Assembly: GCA_964356795.1 (NCBI GenBank)
Contig: CAYHIK010000004.1
Coordinates: 2,743-66,742 of the forward strand
Direction: 5' to 3'
From: an uncultured Candidatus Saccharibacteria bacterium
GTDB lineage: Bacteria; Patescibacteriota; Minisyncoccia; 2-02-FULL-40-12; GWA2-44-9
Length of the DNA stretch: 64,000 nt
Shown one piece after another: positions 38,619-47,628 of the stretch; positions within the stretch are counted from its first letter, which is position 1, and every line of letters begins with the position of its first letter. The translations under genes were made by a program, and so were the position numbers. The notes under the pieces are model-generated. The model was not told the origin of the DNA and searched no databases. It saw nothing but the letters and a program-made list of their open reading frames with translations.

Positions 38619-38724
38619 GAATCCTAATACCCCTATGAGGGGCTTTCGGAGCGCGGCGGCGCGAGAACGAGACACTCCGCCAGTCAGGCGGAGATGTCGT
38701 ACCCGAAAAGGGGTATTAGGATTC
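38619..38724 (+). repeat. Structured about 105-nt repeat element, copy 2
   Basis: Perfect 16-bp outer stem gaatcctaatacccct/aggggtattaggattc; same core GGCTTTCGGAGCGCGGCGGCGCGAGAACGAGAC; hairpin ctccgcc-AGTCA-ggcggag; GTCGTAC. Confidence 0.55.
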
Positions 38725-38740
38725 ACTTCGCCTATCTCTG

Positions 38741-39331
38741 CTACTTCTTGATGAATTCCAAGGTGTCCTGCCAGGGAATGTTATCGTGCCCTAGAATGGC
38801 ATACTGACCGATACTCACAAACGCGAATCGATCAGGAAACTTCGGATTGTAGAGGAAATACCGAATACCATTCACCTGGTCATACTTTGGATTGCACAGC
38901 TCGTAGTTCGCGAACCATGACTCTTCGTCATTAGTTGAACGAGGATAGGTAATTTCTGCGACCTCATATCCGCCGATGATGTTCGAGGGAGTAACTTCAA
39001 TCTTGCACTGATTCGATGGGTACTCTGCAAGAATCTGTCGTCGAATAGACGTCCCAAACGTCTCATCGGTTCGCTTCGTGAACATCTCAATTGACTGCCC
39101 CGTCTCAATCGCTGCATCGCCCGCCGCGAGATACACTTTATTCCCGATTTCCTGCACCTTCAGCGTTGCGCCCTCGTAGGGGTTAATGACGTATTGAAAT
39201 CGAATGCCGAGCGCTTTGGAGGTAAATACCGCAACACCCTCCGCGGGCGCATTTGCGTACTGCGTAGATACATAGAATCCAACAGCTACGGCTATGACAG
39301 AGAGAACGATAACTCCAAGTACTTTTTTCAT
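38741..39331 (-). CDS. Membrane-anchored/secreted hypothetical protein
   Basis: N-terminal TM MKKVLGVIVLSVIAVAVGFYV; no motif. Confidence 0.4.
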   Translation of the reverse strand: MKKVLGVIVLSVIAVAVGFYVSTQYANAPAEGVAVFTSKALGIRFQYVINPYEGATLKVQEIGNKVYLAAGDAAIETGQSIEMFTKRTDETFGTSIRRQILAEYPSNQCKIEVTPSNIIGGYEVAEITYPRSTNDEESWFANYELCNPKYDQVNGIRYFLYNPKFPDRFAFVSIGQYAILGHDNIPWQDTLEFIKK

Positions 39332-39400
39332 AGAGATGGCAAAAAAGTTAGTACGTATAGGCGCAGTATGCCACGAAAAAAAGAGAATGGCTAGGAAGCC

Positions 39401-40852
39401 CTACACCGCAAGATCAAGCGTTTCATCGATGCGTATCTGGCTCACAAATTCAGGGACGTGACTCACGAGAATCATCGCCCCCTGATAGGCGCTCAGGGCA
39501 CTCGCAATGACGGGAATATGTCGGAAGTTTATATGATTTGTCGGCTCGTCGAGAATCAAGAGCCCCGGTCGCTGGAGCACGAGCCGTGCGAATGCAACGA
39601 GTCCCTTCTGCCCCTCCGAAAGATTTCCAATGTTCGTCTTCATCGCTTCAGATGTAAGAAGAAATCCAGCGGCAATCGAGCGAATCTCCTCCTCGCCAAG
39701 ACTCGGCGCCACAGAGCGAAGCGACGCATATACCGTATCTTCGAAATTGAGCGTCGAAAAATCTTGACGGTAGTATCCCACCGTCACCCCCGAAGCGAGC
39801 GTAGCCCCTGATGCACTCCCCGTCGCGATTGATCCAAGGAGCGTGCTCTTGCCAATACCATTTGGCCCAGAAAGAAGCAGATGTCTATTCTTCTGGAGCG
39901 CAATCTTCACCTTCTTCTTCGCTGGCTTATGATGTTTAAATACCGACACCGACGACAGCGTGAGAATGTCGCCCGTTAATCCCTCCTGTACGGGAATAGT
40001 GAATGGACGAATCGTTTTGTCTTCTTTCCGCACATCAACCTGAGCCTCTTCCATTTCCTCCGCCGCTTCGCGCATCTTTTTCGCAAGTAGACGCAATCGT
40101 CCACCCTTCATCGCAAAAAAGTTTGCTTTCTCCTTCTTCTCAATCGCCTCTTTTGCGAGACGAGCATTCGCGCTGTTCTCCTTTTGAATACGCGCAGCCA
40201 CCTGCTCAACAACATCGAAATAATTTCCCTGATATTGCTCGACACTTCGCGTGCGCGCATCAAGGTACAACACTCCCTGCGTAAATGCATTCAAGAAGTC
40301 TGCATCGTGCGAGATGACCAAGCACGTCTTCGGATATTCAATCAGAAACTGGCGCAGATGAGCGATGCCAGCAACGTCGAGATTGTTGGTCGGCTCATCG
40401 AGTAAGAGTACATCGGCATCCTGAATAAGCGCAGACGCCAGCAAGAGCCGCGCCTGCTGACCGCCCGAAAATGAGCGGACGATGCGGTCGTGGGGCGCAT
40501 GAAGGTTCACAACCTCGAGCACCGCATCGATGCGCGGATCGATATCGTAGACCGTCTCCGAAAAACATTTCTGAAAAAACTCCCGAACCGTAAGGTCGAG
40601 CTGGTCTCGTGGCATCACCTGTCGAGCAAGCGCAACCGTCAAACGTGGATGCACGTGCACCTCTCCAGATTCAGGTCGCAATCCGCCAGTGATCAGTTGG
40701 AAAATAGTACTCTTACCTGCACCATTCTGTCCCATGATGGTCATCTTTGCTCCCCGTCGAATCGAAAAATCCACCTCCGAGAGGATTGGCTTGGCGTGGC
40801 CGTATTCAAACGACACGCCTTTGAACCGAATAATAGCTTCCTGGTGAGTCAT
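39401..40852 (-). CDS. ABC-F family ATPase (translation-associated; two ABC domains, no TM)
   Basis: Two Walker A motifs (GQNGAGKST, GPNGIGKST), two signature/Walker B regions (LLLDEPTNNLD, LILDEPTNHIN), inter-domain linker. Confidence 0.85.
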   Translation of the reverse strand: MTHQEAIIRFKGVSFEYGHAKPILSEVDFSIRRGAKMTIMGQNGAGKSTIFQLITGGLRPESGEVHVHPRLTVALARQVMPRDQLDLTVREFFQKCFSETVYDIDPRIDAVLEVVNLHAPHDRIVRSFSGGQQARLLLASALIQDADVLLLDEPTNNLDVAGIAHLRQFLIEYPKTCLVISHDADFLNAFTQGVLYLDARTRSVEQYQGNYFDVVEQVAARIQKENSANARLAKEAIEKKEKANFFAMKGGRLRLLAKKMREAAEEMEEAQVDVRKEDKTIRPFTIPVQEGLTGDILTLSSVSVFKHHKPAKKKVKIALQKNRHLLLSGPNGIGKSTLLGSIATGSASGATLASGVTVGYYRQDFSTLNFEDTVYASLRSVAPSLGEEEIRSIAAGFLLTSEAMKTNIGNLSEGQKGLVAFARLVLQRPGLLILDEPTNHINFRHIPVIASALSAYQGAMILVSHVPEFVSQIRIDETLDLAV

Positions 40853-40917
40853 GGTGTACGCAAAGAGAGTAAGAATAACACATTTTCTCTCTTTCGTACA
40901 GCCGTCCTGCGAGGCGA

Positions 40918-41370
40918 CTACCGCATAAGCACAGGCGGCGGAACCATCCTTCGCATAAACCCGCGACGCATGAGCGCGTCATTGAATCCAAGTGCATCAA
41001 AGAGCCAGCCCGAGAGCACCACAAGCGCCACAAAGATTGCTACCACAATCCATGGATTTACCTTGTATGAGAAATCGTACGCTCGGAGGAGCCTCACGCC
41101 AATCACAAGTCCGACCACTGCCACCACGGGAAGCCACCACGGGAAGCTCGAGAGTATCTGCTCGAGTCGGACGCTTGCCATGGGTCCATGTGCGCGAAGT
41201 GAGAATCGAATGAGCCCCACAAAAAATATTGAAACAACACTCGTTGCCACGAGGCCAATGAACGTAAGAATAGAGCCCCCAATGAAATACAGTCGCGGGC
41301 GCATCTTAATGTGGCCCGTACGAATCTGGCTCATCACGCTGTCTGACATAGAATTTAGTTCGTTGGACAT
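40918..41370 (-). CDS. Membrane protein, putative anti-sigma factor
   Basis: 150 aa, 3-4 TM; overlaps the end of the upstream ECF sigma gene by 16 bp. Confidence 0.35.
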   Translation of the reverse strand: MSNELNSMSDSVMSQIRTGHIKMRPRLYFIGGSILTFIGLVATSVVSIFFVGLIRFSLRAHGPMASVRLEQILSSFPWWLPVVAVVGLVIGVRLLRAYDFSYKVNPWIVVAIFVALVVLSGWLFDALGFNDALMRRGFMRRMVPPPVLMR

Positions 41371-41897
41371 AGAAGTTTCATCATTGCTTTCGCTCGCCGA
41401 ATGCGCGTCGCAACCGTTCCCATGGGCACCCGCAAAATATCGCTTATCTCTTCGTACGACTTATCTTCAATATAATACAGCGTAAGAGGCTCTGAGTAGA
41501 GTATCGGCATCTTCGAGAGGCAGGATGCCACCATACGCACGAGCGCTCCTTTATCATACGCATCTTCTAAATTTTCATCACTCCGGATATCGAAATCTTC
41601 AGGCAGAGGAATTTCTTTCTCGTGTTCTGTTGCCTTGTTGATGACCTGATTGTGGACGATTCGGTAGATCCAGCTCGAAAACTTCTTTGACGTATCAAAT
41701 CCTCGTAAGTTAACAAACGCGTTTATAAACCCCTGCTGAACGGCATCAACAGCCGCATGCTCATCATGCGTTAAGTGCGATGCGTATCGCATAAGCTTGT
41801 CTTGGTATCGACGAACCACCTCGGCATACAGCTCGGGGTCATTCGTACGCACGCGCGTTACGAGCTCTTCGTCGGACATATCCGAGAACTGGTGCAT
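41355..41897 (-). CDS. RNA polymerase sigma-70 factor, ECF subfamily
   Basis: Region 2 (FINAFVNLRGFD...FSSWIYRIVHN) and region 4 HTH (SYEEISDILRVPMGTVATRIRRA). Confidence 0.8.
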   Translation of the reverse strand: MHQFSDMSDEELVTRVRTNDPELYAEVVRRYQDKLMRYASHLTHDEHAAVDAVQQGFINAFVNLRGFDTSKKFSSWIYRIVHNQVINKATEHEKEIPLPEDFDIRSDENLEDAYDKGALVRMVASCLSKMPILYSEPLTLYYIEDKSYEEISDILRVPMGTVATRIRRAKAMMKLLCPTN

Positions 41898-41966
41898 GAA
41901 TGTAGTATATCAGGTGCGGGACGCGAGCATACCACCCCGAATTTCGGGGTGGTATGCGATGCGAAC

Positions 41967-42335
41967 TTACCGATGCATCCCTCTGCCCATCCCGCGCATG
42001 CCAGCTCCTGAACCATCGCGCATGCCGAGTCCGAGCTCTTGGCGGATCTTCTGCGCCTCGTCGGTCTTTCCCTCGAGCGCCAAGGCGTGTGCCTGTGCAA
42101 ACTTCGCGAAATTCTGTTCTGTTACAACCTGCGCAGCACGGCCCTGTGCGAGATTCTTCCACGCAGCATAGTCATTCTTCTCAAATGCCTTCGTCATCGC
42201 CTCATGACGCTCAGGTGAGTATCGTGGGCCCTTTACCGAAGCATCTCCGCGATACGCCAACGCATCGCTTGCAAATACACCAACAACTCCTAGTGCGAGC
42301 ACCAACGAACCCAATCCGATAGCAGTTTTATTCAT
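41967..42335 (-). CDS. Small secreted hypothetical protein
   Basis: Signal peptide MNKTAIGLGSLVLALGVVGVFA; helical, Ala/Lys-rich; Gly/Met/Arg-rich tail. Confidence 0.35.
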   Translation of the reverse strand: MNKTAIGLGSLVLALGVVGVFASDALAYRGDASVKGPRYSPERHEAMTKAFEKNDYAAWKNLAQGRAAQVVTEQNFAKFAQAHALALEGKTDEAQKIRQELGLGMRDGSGAGMRGMGRGMHR

Positions 42336-42414
42336 AGGTGATACGTAGTTATACTTCTATAGTGAGACGTCGCGACGCCTCTATAGGTAATACAACTGCG
42401 GACCCCATTTTCTT

Positions 42415-42660
42415 TCACATCTGCCCCGCAAAGGCTTTCGCCATCTCTTTCTGGAGTTGTTCACGCGCTTCCCGCATGAGCGCCATGATAATGCCCGACT
42501 GCGTGCGTCCATCGAGTTCGTCGTTGAGCTCCAGGCTGGTCACCTCAAAATCGCCCCGCATCGAGAGCCTCACCCCGCGCTGTTCCACCGAAACCGTGTG
42601 CTTCTTTATCTGGTCCTGCATCTTCCGCAGCTCCATAATTTGCTTCAATTGATCAAACAT
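42415..42660 (-). CDS. ybaB: YbaB/EbfC family nucleoid-associated protein
   Basis: 81 aa. MFDQLKQIMELRKMQDQIKK...V.V..G has the family pattern and length. Confidence 0.7.
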   Translation of the reverse strand: MFDQLKQIMELRKMQDQIKKHTVSVEQRGVRLSMRGDFEVTSLELNDELDGRTQSGIIMALMREAREQLQKEMAKAFAGQM

Positions 42661-42680
42661 ATGGGAAATATGGTATCACA

Positions 42681-43823
42681 CTACTCTTTCTTCCGCTTCC
42701 AATAGACCCGGCCATGGAGAGCTTCTGGCCGCATATCACGGTCGGTGTATTTTTCATATCCTTTTCCATACCCCAACTCCTTCATGAGATTTGTGGGTGC
42801 ATTCCGCACCTCAAGCGGTATCGGTAAATTTCCATACGTCTCTACGTCTGCCTGCGCGGCACGAAATGCGTCATACGCACTCCGGTCTTTCGATGCATTC
42901 GCGAGATACACCACGCCATGCGCGAGATTGATTCCCGCTTCAGGAAATCCAATCGTCTCAACGGCACGAAAGACTTCGTTGGCGACCACGAGCGCCGTAG
43001 GGAGTGCCATGCCAATATCTTCCGACGCAAAAATCACCATGCGTCGGGCGATGAACTTTGGATCCTCTCCCGCCTGCACCATGCGCGCGAGATAGTAGAG
43101 CGCGGAATCAACTTGGCTTGCGCGCATGCTTTTGATGAATGCGCTGATGGTATTGAAGTGCTCCTCACCCTTCTTATCGAATCGTAAAAACGCGTGCTGT
43201 ACCGTATTCTTGAGTGATTCAATCGTCACAGTGGTATACAGCGATCGCGCCGCTTCGAGCACCGTAATCGCCTGTCGCGCATCACCGTTCGCCATGCGAA
43301 TGAGCCACTCTATCGATTCTTCATCCACCGGAATCTCAGTGCGCGCGATGATGCGCCGCATCTGTACGTCGTCGAGCTCTCGCAACACAAATACTCTGCA
43401 TCGTGATAATAATGCCGCAATCACTTCGAAGCTTGGATTCTCTGTGGTCGCACCGATGAGCACAATATCTCCGCGCTCCACATAGGGGAGTAGGAAATCT
43501 TGCTGTGCTTTGTTGAATCGATGAATCTCGTCTAAAAATAAAATCTTCGGGCCAATCCGTAGTGAGCCATCTTCGATAATCTCCCGAATATCGGCCTTCC
43601 CTGCCGATACCGCAGAAAGCTCGTAGAGTTTTCCCTGCACTGATGATGCGTAAATCTTCGCGAGAGTAGTTTTCCCCACTCCCGGTGGCCCCCACAAAAT
43701 AAATGAAAAGATATGCCCACGCTCAATGGCGACACGCAGTGGCTTCCCCGCGCCAACCAAGTGTTCCTGCCCCACGAACTCTTCGAGCGTGGTGGGGCGT
43801 ATATGCGATGCGAGTGGCTCCAT
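42681..43823 (-). CDS. rarA: Replication-associated recombination protein A (AAA+ ATPase RarA/MgsA)
   Basis: Walker A GPPGVGKTT, Walker B ILFLDEIHRF, sensor motifs, MgsA C-terminal helical domain. Confidence 0.85.
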   Translation of the reverse strand: MEPLASHIRPTTLEEFVGQEHLVGAGKPLRVAIERGHIFSFILWGPPGVGKTTLAKIYASSVQGKLYELSAVSAGKADIREIIEDGSLRIGPKILFLDEIHRFNKAQQDFLLPYVERGDIVLIGATTENPSFEVIAALLSRCRVFVLRELDDVQMRRIIARTEIPVDEESIEWLIRMANGDARQAITVLEAARSLYTTVTIESLKNTVQHAFLRFDKKGEEHFNTISAFIKSMRASQVDSALYYLARMVQAGEDPKFIARRMVIFASEDIGMALPTALVVANEVFRAVETIGFPEAGINLAHGVVYLANASKDRSAYDAFRAAQADVETYGNLPIPLEVRNAPTNLMKELGYGKGYEKYTDRDMRPEALHGRVYWKRKKE

Positions 43824-43864
43824 GCGCTCATCCTACCGCCTCCCCCACAGGAGTAAAGCGGATT

Positions 43865-44164
43865 TCACTTCGCCCCGCCTTTTGGCGGCCCCCACTGCCA
43901 ACGAGGCTTTTCTCCAGTTTTGTAGCAGATACGAATGAGCGTCATCGTCAGGAACAATGTGGGCAATATAAATGTAAAGAAAATCTCGCGTGGTGGCGAC
44001 GCCTCGTCAACGGTGAGCGCGAATAACAAAACGCCTACTATGTAGAGTCCTGTAATCAGCCACCCTTGCCAGGTGACCGGTGTCCATCCCCACCCGTAGA
44101 GCTTGGCCTTAAACCAATACCTCTTGGGGTTGTCTTTTAGATATGCGATGTGTCGCTCAAACAT
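43865..44164 (-). CDS. Small membrane protein (hypothetical)
   Basis: 99 aa, 2 TM. Confidence 0.3.
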   Translation of the reverse strand: MFERHIAYLKDNPKRYWFKAKLYGWGWTPVTWQGWLITGLYIVGVLLFALTVDEASPPREIFFTFILPTLFLTMTLIRICYKTGEKPRWQWGPPKGGAK

Positions 44165-44191
44165 ATACCGCCCATACTACTCCGAATATCC

Positions 44192-44551
44192 CTACGCGGC
44201 CACACGCACAGATACATGCAACAAGCAGTCACACGGCTTACCCTTCAGAATCTCTTTCTGCTCACTCACAGTATTGATAAATACCTCCTGACTTCCCTCG
44301 CCAGTGGCGAGCGCCTCATCAAGCGGCGTATGGTGATTGTATCCACGGCGCGCAAATTCATGCACCAGTGCCTCGTGGCGCGCGTAGAGTGCTTTCTGCT
44401 TTCCAATCCATCGAATTGTCTCCGGATGGCGCGAATACCCGCCCACGCCTCCGTGTTTGGTGAGAATATTCCAAAGCCCATGCAACTCGCGATGTTCAGC
44501 GAGTAAGTGCTTCCGACATAAATGTTGTGGATGTATATCCCAGACTCTCAT
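44192..44551 (-). CDS. Pyrimidine dimer DNA glycosylase (T4 endonuclease V/DenV-like) family protein
   Basis: MRVWDIHPQHLCRKHLLAEHRELHGLW resembles T4 EndoV ...SELADQHLMAEYRELPRVF. Confidence 0.5.
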   Translation of the reverse strand: MRVWDIHPQHLCRKHLLAEHRELHGLWNILTKHGGVGGYSRHPETIRWIGKQKALYARHEALVHEFARRGYNHHTPLDEALATGEGSQEVFINTVSEQKEILKGKPCDCLLHVSVRVAA

Positions 44552-44591
44552 AGCAATATTCTTAATCTTTATTCATAAAAATAAAAGCCCT

Positions 44592-44713
44592 GCGAAGATA
44601 GATTCCCGTGCCCATACAAGAGGCTTTCGGAGCGCGACGGCGCGAGAATGAGACGGCTCGGCAGTAAGCCGAGAACGTCGTACCCGAGAATGGGTATGGG
44701 AATATATCTTCGC
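44592..44713 (+). repeat. Structured repeat element, copy 3
   Basis: Core GGCTTTCGGAGCGCGACGGCGCGAGAATGAGAC; hairpin ctcggc-AGTAA-gccgag; GTCGTAC; 13-bp outer stem attcccgtgccca/tgggtatgggaat with two G-T wobbles (+ strand), extended by gcgaagata/tatcttcgc. Confidence 0.5.
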
Positions 44714-44722
44714 TAAGATTCG

Positions 44723-44908
44723 CTAAGACGATTTCTTTCGACGGAGACGCGTGACACCGTACACTGCGATGAGGAGTCCCAGCCCCTGCCCGCCAGGGCT
44801 ATCGTCGTATCCGCCATACACGAAGAAAAAGATACCCGACGCCACGAGAAACCCCGCGAGCGCGATTCGCCCCACGCCAATCCGTGAGATGTAATCAGCG
44901 ATTTTCAT
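44723..44908 (-). CDS. Small membrane protein (hypothetical)
   Basis: 61 aa, 2 TM. Confidence 0.3.
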   Translation of the reverse strand: MKIADYISRIGVGRIALAGFLVASGIFFFVYGGYDDSPGGQGLGLLIAVYGVTRLRRKKSS

Positions 44909-44920
44909 ATAGATAGTTTA

Positions 44921-44952
44921 GCATAAAAAAGCCCCACACAGCGTGTGGGGCG
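44921..44952 (-). terminator. Rho-independent terminator of the 44960-45391 gene
   Basis: Minus strand gccccacac-gct-gtgtggggc followed by TTTTTTAT. Confidence 0.6.
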
Positions 44953-44959
44953 TACGGCA

Positions 44960-45391
44960 CTAGGAAAAGATGGTAAATCCATCCCACGGACAATCGGGGC
45001 ACTCCAACTTGTGAAGCGCCTCGATCTCAGTTCTGCACACGCAGAGTTCACCGACATAGACTGCTTGTGCATTCTCGAGCACATCCCCAGCCTTACCGAG
45101 AACTCTCCACGCCTCTATGAAAGCTTCCGACGCCCTTTCAAATGCGTCACGAGCTTTTTCGAGAGATCGTGACGCCTCATCATGCGCCTCGCGAGCAGTG
45201 TCGAGCGCCTCACCCGCGAGGAGTAATGCATCGGGCAATGCACCCCTGACGGACTTGAACAGGCGGATACGAAGCTCCCGCTCGCGCTTCGGCTTCGACG
45301 TCATGATGTAATGAGCGCGTTCGTTATAGCTATAACACCACTCCAGAAGCACTTCGTGATGCACGTGCCAGAAGAAACCCTTCTCCTGCAT
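44960..45391 (-). CDS. Hypothetical protein; member of a two-copy family (paralog at 60096-60527) with heptad repeats and a C-terminal CPxCPW motif
   Basis: 143 aa; conserved FWHVHH..LLEWC.SY.ERA.YI, RELRIRLF, EIEALHK.ECP.CPW.G.TIF shared with the paralog. Confidence 0.4.
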   Translation of the reverse strand: MQEKGFFWHVHHEVLLEWCYSYNERAHYIMTSKPKRERELRIRLFKSVRGALPDALLLAGEALDTAREAHDEASRSLEKARDAFERASEAFIEAWRVLGKAGDVLENAQAVYVGELCVCRTEIEALHKLECPDCPWDGFTIFS

Positions 45392-45427
45392 GTCCCACCT
45401 CCGTACAGTATCTAGCGATGCCCCGTC

Positions 45428-45631
45428 TTAGGCGTCGCGTGGACTTACCTTGAGATTGAGCGCACTCGCGAGAAGCTCTTCGAGCTTCGTTCGGATGAAT
45501 GCCGCACGCTCGCGCATGGGCTTCACCTGATGAGTGGACCATCCACCGCTAATGCTCTCCTCAGCCCAGCGATCGAGCAGTATCTCCTCTTGCTCCAGAA
45601 GCAGGAGCGCCGTTCGCAGTTCTTCGGTCAT
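45428..45631 (-). CDS. Small protein resembling a putative addiction-module antitoxin component (Unstab_antitox-like)
   Basis: 67 aa; LRTALLLLEQEEILLDRWAEESISGGW matches the ..E.lLa..W.eE..sG pattern; no cognate toxin recognised. Confidence 0.3.
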   Translation of the reverse strand: MTEELRTALLLLEQEEILLDRWAEESISGGWSTHQVKPMRERAAFIRTKLEELLASALNLKVSPRDA

Positions 45632-45690
45632 AACCACCTCCAACATGAACAGAATGATTATACTGAAAAGTTGTCTAAAGTCAATATCTC

Positions 45691-45939
45691 TTAGCGATGC
45701 CCGCACCCCGCCCAACAACACGGGCGACGCATGCCACCTTTGAGCTTTGAGAGTGCTTTTGCAATGCGAATGCCTCGCGTCTCTGCCTTCTTTCCAGAAA
45801 TGACCCAGCAAATCCACTCGTTACGAGCGAGGGGTGTAATATCGTCCCACATCGCCCGCACCGAAGGTGTTGCGATAATGGCGTTTCGTAAATCTTCTGG
45901 CATGGCATGTACCACGCCACCAGCGAGAGCTTTATTCAT
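45691..45939 (-). CDS. YdeI/OmpD-associated (DUF1801-like) family protein
   Basis: 82 aa; ...MPEDLRNAI...W..ITPLARNEWICWVISGKKAETRGIRI.KAL..L is the family pattern. Confidence 0.4.
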   Translation of the reverse strand: MNKALAGGVVHAMPEDLRNAIIATPSVRAMWDDITPLARNEWICWVISGKKAETRGIRIAKALSKLKGGMRRPCCWAGCGHR

Positions 45940-45956
45940 TTCGATGTGTAATTCAC

Positions 45957-46442
45957 CTACGGCTGAAACAGCTCCTCGGGCATAAAGCGGACTGAAGTTA
46001 CCGTCGGAAACTGGCGTGCCGTTGCCTCAATCTGTGCCCACAAAATAGCTACTCTGCACGACCCACCACCGGTCTTGTAGAGCGGATCATCAAACGTCAG
46101 CGTTGCGACGCCGTTTGTTATCGAAGCGCTCTTGAGCGCGACTCCCGCAAGCGGAAACTCAGTCGTTGCACCTCGAGACTGCTCCTCTGGCAGTATCTCT
46201 CCGCGCAACAAAAGCCGAATCGTGTCTGCAAGTGGCGTGGCAGTGTTCGGAATAATCCGCTCCACGGGCACTAAGCCATCTTTACTGCACCGCACTCCGC
46301 CAGGACCCTGGTCCAGTAATGCATTGTAGTAATACAATCTGACAGAGATTCCATCCTCCGCTGGTTTTGGTTTGGTGCCATACCAAATCCCCACACCCAC
46401 CAAGACAACCATCACCCCAGCAACAACATAACGCCAGTTCAT
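45957..46442 (-). CDS. GerMN-domain lipoprotein-like protein
   Basis: N-terminal TM; VRLYYYN...VPVERIIPNTATPLADTIRLLLRG is typical GerMN. Confidence 0.5.
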   Translation of the reverse strand: MNWRYVVAGVMVVLVGVGIWYGTKPKPAEDGISVRLYYYNALLDQGPGGVRCSKDGLVPVERIIPNTATPLADTIRLLLRGEILPEEQSRGATTEFPLAGVALKSASITNGVATLTFDDPLYKTGGGSCRVAILWAQIEATARQFPTVTSVRFMPEELFQP

Positions 46443-46510
46443 GGCTTCATTGTACTACGAAAGGCAGTATGAGCTAGCTGGCACCGCGGCGGAATGATGA
46501 GCCGTTTGAA

Positions 46511-47080
46511 TTACGCGAGCATCGCGTCTACCAGTTGCTTGATGCCGATACCATCGAGAGCGGAGAACGGGATGATGAGGTGTCCGGGGGCGTCGTCAGC
46601 GAATCGCTTCAGTTGGGTGGCGAGCTCCTGACGTTTGAGCTTATCGATTTTGTTGGCGACGATGACGACATGCTTCTGTCGTGATTCCAGAAGATGCAGC
46701 ATATCAAAATCTGTTTCCGTAAAGCCGACCTTCGCGTCGATGATAAGGATGACGACTTTCTGATTGTACGGAGAGTTGAAGAAATACCAGTCGATGATTT
46801 CCTGAAGACGATTTCTGGCGTCGTGAGATGCCTGCGCATACCCATATCCGGGAAGGTCCACGAGATACGTATTCCCGTTGATGAGAAAGAGATTGATTTC
46901 CTGTGTACGTCCCGGAAATGCGCTCGTGCGCGCCAAGTCCTTCACGCCGGTGACCGCGTTTATGACGCTGGATTTGCCGACATTTGAGCGACCAATAATG
47001 GCTACCTGTGGTATGCCGTTTTCGAGCAACTCATTGGTCCCCTGCAGACCGGCGATAAACTTTGCTGAGGTGATATTCAT
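46511..47080 (-). CDS. engB: Ribosome biogenesis GTP-binding protein YsxC/EngB
   Basis: G1 GRSNVGKSS, G2 PGRT, G3 DLPGYG, G4 NKIDK. Confidence 0.85.
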   Translation of the reverse strand: MNITSAKFIAGLQGTNELLENGIPQVAIIGRSNVGKSSVINAVTGVKDLARTSAFPGRTQEINLFLINGNTYLVDLPGYGYAQASHDARNRLQEIIDWYFFNSPYNQKVVILIIDAKVGFTETDFDMLHLLESRQKHVVIVANKIDKLKRQELATQLKRFADDAPGHLIIPFSALDGIGIKQLVDAMLA

Positions 47081-47150
47081 GCGTACCCCATTCTGCCCTT
47101 ATTGCCTTATTTTCACAATGTATTCTTGCAACGCATGCAGCCGCCTAAGC

Positions 47151-47624
47151 CTACCGCTCCCCCGCACTCCGCAAAATTCGCTCGAGGGTTGAGGATACGG
47201 CACTGACGATGAGGGAGCCGAAAATGATGAAGACGCCCATAGCAACTCCGCCCGCGGAATCATCGCTACCGCTGAAAAACCGAATGAAGAATAATCCGGG
47301 CACGACGAAACCAATGATGGCTACTGCGCAGTATCGTATCGTGCGCACGGCTTTCATAGCTGATGACGAGAACACCGTATCCGACCCGACGTATCCCAAC
47401 AACTTAAATGCCTGCACAAGTGCGATGAAGAATGGGATAGATGCGATGTATGCGTATACCAGAAATGGGTCTTTGAAATAAATCTCAAAGAGCGTGGCGT
47501 TCACATTTCTACCTTCAGCAGTCGGCTCCCACAGCAAGAATGCAACCGCGCCAATACCGATGAGCACCGTGACCGCTTGGAGAAATAGTACGGAGTATTT
47601 TTTCATAGCCCTAGACTTGAACAC
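47151..47624 (-). CDS. Membrane protein (hypothetical, 4 TM)
   Basis: 157 aa hydrophobic. Confidence 0.35.
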   Translation of the reverse strand: MFKSRAMKKYSVLFLQAVTVLIGIGAVAFLLWEPTAEGRNVNATLFEIYFKDPFLVYAYIASIPFFIALVQAFKLLGYVGSDTVFSSSAMKAVRTIRYCAVAIIGFVVPGLFFIRFFSGSDDSAGGVAMGVFIIFGSLIVSAVSSTLERILRSAGER

Positions 47625-47628
47625 CCTC

